A stretch of 5,974 nt of DNA from an uncultured Erysipelotrichaceae bacterium (GTDB taxonomy: Bacteria; Bacillota_I; Bacilli_A; Erysipelotrichales; Erysipelotrichaceae), in contig CAYWGS010000078.1 of NCBI GenBank assembly GCA_964457525.1, forward strand, positions 1-5,974, in the 5' to 3' direction. The notes beneath the pieces were generated by a model. The model worked only from the letters and a program-made list of their open reading frames with translations. It was not told the origin of the DNA and did no database searches. The translations under genes were made by a program, and so were the position numbers. This document shows, one piece after another, positions 1-4,719 of the stretch (position 1 is its first letter; every line of letters begins with the position of its first letter).

Positions 1-10
1 TTATAGAAAG

Positions 11-19
11 TGTAATATT
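11..19 (+). promoter_or_regulatory. Candidate extended -10 element (TG-T-AATATT) for the first transcription unit; any -35 would lie upstream of the window
   Basis: TG at 11-12 is followed one base later by AATATT (14-19), a 4/6 match to TATAAT. A start near 26 would leave a roughly 30-nt leader containing the RBS at 47-55. AT-rich context makes chance matches likely, and the window edge cuts off the -35 region. Confidence 0.2.
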
Positions 20-58
20 GATATTAGTTAACATTATTAAATAAAAAAAGGAGAGATT

Positions 59-691
59 ATGCGTTTATTCGATGAATTCTATCAAGCATTTGAAAATTTA
101 GAACAAGAAAAATGTATAGATTTAGTCAGTAATGCACTTAAGAATCAAGAGATTACAATCACTGATTTGTATGAGAATGTGTTACGAAAATCCATGTCGC
201 ATTTAACAGATGTAGAAACAGATGTTAATCATAAAATATGGAAAGAACATATCCAATCGGGTATTGTTCGCAGTGTGATTGAAATGGCATATCCGTATGT
301 GTTAAACAATCGTTCAAGTAAGTCAATTAAGAGAGCTGCTGTTATTTGCCCTGATGGGGAGCAACATGAACTTGGGGCTCGTATGGTAAGTGATTATATT
401 AGAATGATGGGTTTTGAAACATTTTTTGTTGGTCGTGATACACCACGAAAAGAATTGTATGATTTGATAAATACACTCAAATTGGATTTAATTGCGATCA
501 GTGTTACCAATTATTACAATATTTCAAAGGCGATTCAAATGGTTTCTTTTATTGAGTCTAACTTTCCATCTATTAAGTTAATTGTTGGTGGTAAAGGCTT
601 TGAAATGAATCCACATTTATTCGATGAAAATAGTGTTCATATTACACACAGTTATGAAGATATTAAGAAAGTGTTGGGAGAATTAGTATGA
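59..691 (+). CDS. Standalone cobalamin (B12)-binding domain protein: helical cap plus Rossmann-type B12-binding domain, CarH/AerR/corrinoid-protein-like module, no output domain
   Basis: 210-codon ORF with ATG at 59 preceded by AAAGGAGAG (47-55). The C-terminal half reads AVICPDGEQHELGARMVSDYIRMMGFETFFVG...LIAISVT...IKLIVGGKG. This gives E101-x-H103-x-x-G106, then 41 residues to S148-x-T150, then 26 residues to G177-G178 (hand counted). That fits the E/DxHxxG-(41)-SxV/T-(22-27)-GG base-off/His-on cobalamin signature known from MetH, corrinoid proteins and CarH. The N-terminal ~90 aa looks helical (B12-binding_2-like cap) and contains W61-K-E63-H64. There is no signal peptide, TM segment or DNA-binding domain. 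Confidence 0.85.
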   Translation: MRLFDEFYQAFENLEQEKCIDLVSNALKNQEITITDLYENVLRKSMSHLTDVETDVNHKIWKEHIQSGIVRSVIEMAYPYVLNNRSSKSIKRAAVICPDGEQHELGARMVSDYIRMMGFETFFVGRDTPRKELYDLINTLKLDLIAISVTNYYNISKAIQMVSFIESNFPSIKLIVGGKGFEMNPHLFDENSVHITHSYEDIKKVLGELV

Positions 692-1821
692 AATTTGCCT
701 TTTCAGTTGCGAAAAGATTTCTAGGATACAACAAAGGACAAACCCTAATGATTATGATTGGGATTGCGATTGGGGTATCTGTCCAAATATTTATTGGTTT
801 ATTAATTTCTGGTCTTCAAGAAAGTTTAATTGATAAGACAGTTGGTAGTACACCACATATTACAATTACTCAAGAAGAAGATTTAAGTTTTGGTGATTTT
901 GAAATTAAAAATGATGAATTTACAGCGGTTGCATATCAAGCGGAAGGTCCTGCATTTGCGATCACAGAAGATGATGATGCGTCTATTTTATTAAGAGGTC
1001 TCAGTGCTGAAGGTGATCAACTATATAAACTCAGTGAAAAAATAGTGGATGGTAAAATGCCTTCACAAAAGAATGATGTTATTGTGGGATTAGGGTTAAA
1101 GGAAAAATTGAATTTAAAGGTTAATGACACATTGACTTTAAGAACAATTAACAATCAAACTGTGGATGTTAAAGTGGTTGGAATTGTAGATTTAAAAGTT
1201 GATTCGATTAATAACTCATGGGTTTTATCGACACTACCGACTGCTCAAGGTTTATTTGAAATGGATGATAAAATTACATCCATTGCGATTCAAGTTAAAG
1301 ATGTCTTTACAGCAGATACATTAGCTGAAGAACTTAAAGCTGACATGCCAGTTACTGACTTGGAAGTTGTTAACTGGAAAGAACAGAATGAAGATTTATT
1401 AAGTGGTTTAAATGGTCAAAGTATTTCGAGTATTATGATTCAAGTGTTTGTATTGGTTTCTGTTGTGCTTGGTATTGCGAGTGTTCTTGCGATAACAGTT
1501 CTTCAAAAATCTAAACAAATTGGTATCTTAAAAGCGATGGGAATTCCTGATAATACTGCAAGTCAAATATTCTTATTCCAAGGATTAATCTTAGGATTCT
1601 ATGGTGCTATTCTTGGTGTACTCTTTGGATTAGGTTTAATACTAGCGTTTACGACATTTGCTCGTAATCCAGATGGATCTGCGTTGATCCCAATTAATTA
1701 TGATATTCCGTTTATTTTATTCTCAGGATCAGTAGCGATTCTATCTGCTTTAATCGCATCATTTATTCCTGCGGCTCGTTCTAAGAAGTTAAGCCCTATG
1801 GAGGTTATTCGAAATGGATAA
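688..1821 (+). CDS. ABC transporter permease, MacB/LolCE/FtsX family (type VII ABC fold), 4 TM with ~200-aa extracytoplasmic domain
   Basis: 377-codon ORF. ATG 688 overlaps the upstream stop (ATGA, 688-691), and GGGAG lies at 676-680. One N-terminal TM (LMIMIGIAIGVSVQIFIGLLISG) is followed by a hydrophilic domain at aa ~45-245 (MacB periplasmic-core-like). Three C-terminal TMs follow, with the FtsX-domain hallmark region NWKEQNEDLLSGLNGQSISSIMIQVFVLVSVVLGIASVLAITVLQKSKQIGILKAMGIPDNTASQIFLFQGLILG. Confidence 0.9.
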   Translation: MKFAFSVAKRFLGYNKGQTLMIMIGIAIGVSVQIFIGLLISGLQESLIDKTVGSTPHITITQEEDLSFGDFEIKNDEFTAVAYQAEGPAFAITEDDDASILLRGLSAEGDQLYKLSEKIVDGKMPSQKNDVIVGLGLKEKLNLKVNDTLTLRTINNQTVDVKVVGIVDLKVDSINNSWVLSTLPTAQGLFEMDDKITSIAIQVKDVFTADTLAEELKADMPVTDLEVVNWKEQNEDLLSGLNGQSISSIMIQVFVLVSVVLGIASVLAITVLQKSKQIGILKAMGIPDNTASQIFLFQGLILGFYGAILGVLFGLGLILAFTTFARNPDGSALIPINYDIPFILFSGSVAILSALIASFIPAARSKKLSPMEVIRNG

Positions 1822-2509
1822 TATTGTAGAACTAAAAGAAATAACAAAAATTTATGGTGATAAAGTTAAAACTCAAGTCCTTCATGGATTAAATCTATCA
1901 ATTGAAAAGGGAAGCTTTAACTCAATTATTGGACAATCTGGAAGTGGTAAGAGTACATTACTTAATATTTTAGGAACCTTAGATCGTCCCTCTGGTGGAG
2001 AAATCATTATCAATGGTGTTAACACAAAGGCGATGAGTTCGAATCAATTAGCTAAGTTAAGAAATGAAACATTAGGCTTTATCTTCCAATTTCACTTTTT
2101 ACTCCCTGAATTTACAGCATTAGAAAATGTATTAATGCCTTACCGTATCATGGGGAAAAAGATTGATGATAAAGTAATGGAACGTGCAAATGAGCTTATT
2201 GAACTTGTTGGTTTAACTAAGGTTAAAAACAATTTAGCGACTCAAATGTCTGGTGGTCAACAACAACGTACTGCAATTGCTCGTTCACTTATGAATAATC
2301 CGAGTATTATTCTTGCGGATGAACCTACAGGTAACTTAGATTCTGATACAACTGAACAAATCTATGATTTAATGCGTAAGATTAATAAGAAGTATAATAC
2401 GACATTCATTATTATCACACATGATCAACACGTGGCTGAAAAGACAGATCGTATCATTGAAATTAAAGATGGACGAATTGTAATGGATGTTAAGCGTGTA
2501 AATGAATAA
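1814..2509 (+). CDS. ABC transporter ATP-binding protein, MacB/LolD/FtsE-like subfamily
   Basis: 231-codon ORF. ATG 1814 overlaps the permease stop by 8 nt (ATGGATAA), and GGAGG lies at 1800-1804. Motifs present: Walker A GQSGSGKST (nt 1931-1957), Q-loop FQFHFLLPEFTALENV, signature MSGGQQQR, Walker B/D-loop [13 protein letters not shown]-loop ITHD. All catalytic motifs are intact. Confidence 0.95.
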   Translation: MDNIVELKEITKIYGDKVKTQVLHGLNLSIEKGSFNSIIGQSGSGKSTLLNILGTLDRPSGGEIIINGVNTKAMSSNQLAKLRNETLGFIFQFHFLLPEFTALENVLMPYRIMGKKIDDKVMERANELIELVGLTKVKNNLATQMSGGQQQRTAIARSLMNNPSIILADEPTGNLDSDTTEQIYDLMRKINKKYNTTFIIITHDQHVAEKTDRIIEIKDGRIVMDVKRVNE

Positions 2510-2537
2510 TATCTTCCATTTGGAAGATATTTTTTTA
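2509..2537 (+). terminator. Rho-independent terminator ending the first transcription unit
   Basis: Perfect inverted repeat ATATCTTCCA (2509-2518) / TGGAAGATAT (2521-2530). Realistically this forms a 9-bp stem with a 4-nt loop. A T-tract (2531-2536) follows immediately, and the structure starts at the last base of the stop codon of the ATPase gene. Confidence 0.8.
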
Positions 2538-2538
2538 T

Positions 2539-2592
2539 CTTAATCTAAGATTAATATTAACTGTGTTACACTAAGACTGTAATTAATCATAT
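2539..2592 (+). promoter_or_regulatory. Intergenic region expected to carry the promoter of the second unit; only weak sigma-A-like elements are visible
   Basis: The region lies between the terminator and the RBS AGGAGG (2593-2598). The best -10-like hexamers are TAATAT (2552-2557, 4/6) and TGTAAT (2578-2583, 5/6). Neither has a convincing -35 at 16-18 nt spacing. GTTACA (2565-2570) is -35-like, but its cognate -10 would overlap the RBS. Confidence 0.25.
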
Positions 2593-2605
2593 AGGAGGAA
2601 AGACG

Positions 2606-4033
2606 ATGAATTTTCTTAAACGAGCATTTCTAAGCTTATCAAGACGAAAAGGTAAATCACTCATACTTTTAGTTATTATTTTTATTTTGAGTAATGTTAT
2701 GGCAGGGTCCATTGCGATTGGACAAGCTTCTAATAATGTCGAAAAGACAATTAAATTACAATTAGGTGCAAATGCGAGTGTTGAACTTGATTGGGAGAAA
2801 ATGCAGGATTGGACTGAAGAACAATGGAACTCATTACAATATGTCACTCCAGAAATGGCAGATAAGATTGGTTCATTGTCTTACGTTAAGTATTATGACT
2901 ATAGTTCAGAGTCCTATATTAATTCTACAACTCTAACTCAATATGATCCTAATATGGTTGAGGTTCCTACGATGAGCTATTTCCCATTAAAGGGTGTTCA
3001 ATATGCGCCAATAATGGATATTGCGAATGGTAGTGCAACTTTAGTTGAAGGACGTACTTTTGATGAGAACGAGATAACAAATGCGGATTATGTTGCATTA
3101 ATCTCGGATAAAGTAGCCGAAATTAACAATGTGTTTGTTGGTGATGTCATTTATCTTCAAAATACATTCACAATTTGGAAAGATGACAATACAACAGAAG
3201 AAATCAAACGTGATATCGCTCTAGAAATTATCGGTATCTTTACACCTAAAGTTGAACAAAATGAAGAAAATAATGGTGGTTGGATTGATTATACGCCATT
3301 CAATCGTATCTATGTTCCTAATGGTGTAGTTCATGCGGAAAATCGTTGGATGAATGAACAGTATGCGGCTGCATATCCAGATTCAAATTTTCAAATTGAT
3401 CAAATTTATATTACTCCAACATTTGTTTTGAATAATCCAGAAGATGTTGAAAGTTTCAGAACTGAAGCAAAGGGTTTATTACCTGATTATTATAAAGTTA
3501 CTGTTTCTAGTGATGCATATGATTCAGTTGCTGGCCCAATTAAGTTTATTGGTTCTCTATCAAATATCATTCTTTATGTGGCAATTGGTGCTACGATCTT
3601 AATCCTAAGTTTAGTTGTAATTCTATTCTTGCGTGATCGTAAGCATGAGTTAGGTATCTATTTATCGCTCGGTGAAAGTAAAGCTAAAGTTGTTGGTCAA
3701 ATCTTGATTGAAGTTGTAACAATTGCTTTAATTGCGATTACATTATCGCTCTTGACGGGTAATTCAATTGCTGAATCTACGTCTCAATCAATGATTGATT
3801 TAAGAAATGAAATTGCTGGTACGAATGATGATAATGGAATTGTGTATCGCAATATGGGTTACTATCCAGGTAATGGTGTAACTGAAGATGATGTAATGGA
3901 AGCATATAAAATTGAATTTTCTTGGGACTATGTAATTATTCTTTATGGTGTAGGTCTTGGCACAGTGTTACTATCTAGTATCGCTCCAATGGTTTATATC
4001 TTAAGATTGAAACCTAAGAAGATCATGATGTAG
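2606..4033 (+). CDS. ABC transporter permease, MacB/FtsX family, with enlarged (~275 aa) extracytoplasmic domain and a long TM3-TM4 loop
   Basis: 475-codon ORF with AGGAGG at 2593-2598, 7 nt before the ATG. TM1 is aa ~18-39 (LILLVIIFILSNVMAGSIAIG) and the hydrophilic domain is aa ~40-315. TM2 is aa ~316-342 (SNIILYVAIGATILILSLVVILFL), followed by the FtsX-type cytoplasmic turn RDRKHELGIYLSLGESKAKV. TM3 is aa ~361-385, a ~55-aa hydrophilic loop spans aa 386-440, and TM4 is aa ~441-466. Confidence 0.9.
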   Translation: MNFLKRAFLSLSRRKGKSLILLVIIFILSNVMAGSIAIGQASNNVEKTIKLQLGANASVELDWEKMQDWTEEQWNSLQYVTPEMADKIGSLSYVKYYDYSSESYINSTTLTQYDPNMVEVPTMSYFPLKGVQYAPIMDIANGSATLVEGRTFDENEITNADYVALISDKVAEINNVFVGDVIYLQNTFTIWKDDNTTEEIKRDIALEIIGIFTPKVEQNEENNGGWIDYTPFNRIYVPNGVVHAENRWMNEQYAAAYPDSNFQIDQIYITPTFVLNNPEDVESFRTEAKGLLPDYYKVTVSSDAYDSVAGPIKFIGSLSNIILYVAIGATILILSLVVILFLRDRKHELGIYLSLGESKAKVVGQILIEVVTIALIAITLSLLTGNSIAESTSQSMIDLRNEIAGTNDDNGIVYRNMGYYPGNGVTEDDVMEAYKIEFSWDYVIILYGVGLGTVLLSSIAPMVYILRLKPKKIMM

Positions 4034-4044
4034 GAGGTAAACCC

Positions 4045-4719
4045 ATGGCAATTCTAAAAGCAAATAATTTAAAATACTATTATCAAGATGGTGAAAATAT
4101 TCGTACAATTTTGAAGGATTTAAGCATTGAGTTTGAAAAAGGGAAATTCTATACCATCTTAGGACCTTCTGGTAGTGGTAAGACTACGTTATTATCTCTG
4201 TTAGCAGCACTTGATGAACCTAAAGAAGGAAAGATCTTATATAACGATCAAGATATTAAAGCAATTGGTTATGAAAAATATCGTAGAAATATGGTAAGTA
4301 TCGTTTTCCAAAGCTACAATCTTGTTCCATATATGACAGCTGTTGAGAATGTAATGATTCCTATGGCAATTACTGAGAATGAAATTCCGAAGAATACTAA
4401 AGAAGTTGCATATAATTTATTAGATTATATTGGAATTACTAAATCTAAAGCAGATCGTATTGTAAATAAACTATCGGGTGGTGAGCAACAACGTGTTGCG
4501 ATTGCTCGTTCACTAGCAAGTAACGTTGATATTATTTTCGCAGATGAACCTACAGGTAACTTAGATTCTGAATTAGAAGATGAAATCATTGAGATTTTTA
4601 AGACCTTAGCACATGAGCATAACAAATGTATTATTATGGTTACTCACTCTAAGGAAATTGCTGATAAGTCTGATGTTTCATATCAGTTGAAAAAAGGAGT
4701 GTTATTGCAAAATGAGTGA
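4045..4719 (+). CDS. ABC transporter ATP-binding protein, MacB/LolD/FtsE-like subfamily (paralog of 1814-2509)
   Basis: 224-codon ORF. AGGAGG (4032-4037) overlaps the permease stop codon. Motifs present: Walker [11 protein letters not shown]-loop [16 protein letters not shown], signature LSGGEQQR, Walker B/D-loop [13 protein letters not shown]-loop VTHS. Confidence 0.95.
   Translation: MAILKANNLKYYYQDGENIRTILKDLSIEFEKGKFYTILGPSGSGKTTLLSLLAALDEPKEGKILYNDQDIKAIGYEKYRRNMVSIVFQSYNLVPYMTAVENVMIPMAITENEIPKNTKEVAYNLLDYIGITKSKADRIVNKLSGGEQQRVAIARSLASNVDIIFADEPTGNLDSELEDEIIEIFKTLAHEHNKCIIMVTHSKEIADKSDVSYQLKKGVLLQNE

Noticed and set aside
13-26. Inverted repeat TAATAT-TG-ATATTA upstream of the B12-protein gene, considered as a possible operator, plus the GTTAAC palindrome at 27-32
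   Set aside because: The arms are only 6 bp and made entirely of A/T in a very AT-rich leader, so chance occurrence is high. No second copy exists upstream of the other unit.
18-47. TTGATA (18-23) as a -35 box paired with TAAAAA (42-47) at 18-nt spacing
   Set aside because: The implied transcription start (~54) would fall inside or after the RBS at 47-55, leaving the gene without a ribosome-binding site on the mRNA.
1-58. Possible cobalamin riboswitch upstream of the B12-binding protein gene (also checked 2510-2605)
   Set aside because: The visible leaders are only 58 and 96 nt, are almost devoid of G/C, and show no B12-box-like conserved core or multi-stem structure. A riboswitch further upstream of position 1 cannot be excluded.
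59-691. ORF1 as the corrinoid carrier of a methyltransferase system (MtaC/MtbC-like)
   Set aside because: This is not fully excluded, because the fold is shared and sequence upstream of the window is unseen. However, no methyltransferase or reductive activase is present in 6 kb of downstream sequence, and the gene is translationally coupled to a membrane permease instead.
2318-2346. 29-nt exact DNA repeat GATGAACCTACAGGTAACTTAGATTCTGA, also at 4543-4571, plus a 14-nt identity ATTGCTCGTTCACT at 2276-2289 and 4501-4514
   Set aside because: Both copies encode the conserved Walker B/D-loop (DEPTGNLDS) and IARSL segments of the two paralogous ATPases in the same frame. The identity reflects motif conservation plus shared codon preference. 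It is not a mobile-element repeat, recombination site or regulatory element.
688-2509. Literal annotation as lipoprotein-releasing system LolCDE
   Set aside because: Sequence similarity to LolC/E and LolD is family-level only. Lol function requires an outer membrane and LolA/LolB. The codon usage, strong SD sequences and PASTA neighbour point to a monoderm host, so only the generic MacB/FtsX-family call is justified.
2587-2847. 86-aa minus-strand ORF from the supplied track
   Set aside because: It lies antisense across the RBS and 5' end of the well-supported permease gene 2606-4033. It has no Shine-Dalgarno sequence and a low-complexity Ser/Cys/Phe-rich product with no recognisable motif. 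It is a typical shadow ORF in AT-rich DNA.
4425-4625. 66-aa minus-strand ORF from the supplied track
   Set aside because: It is entirely antisense to the signature/Walker B region of the ABC ATPase gene 4045-4719. This is a recurrent spurious frame opposite conserved ABC motifs, with no RBS and no recognisable domain.
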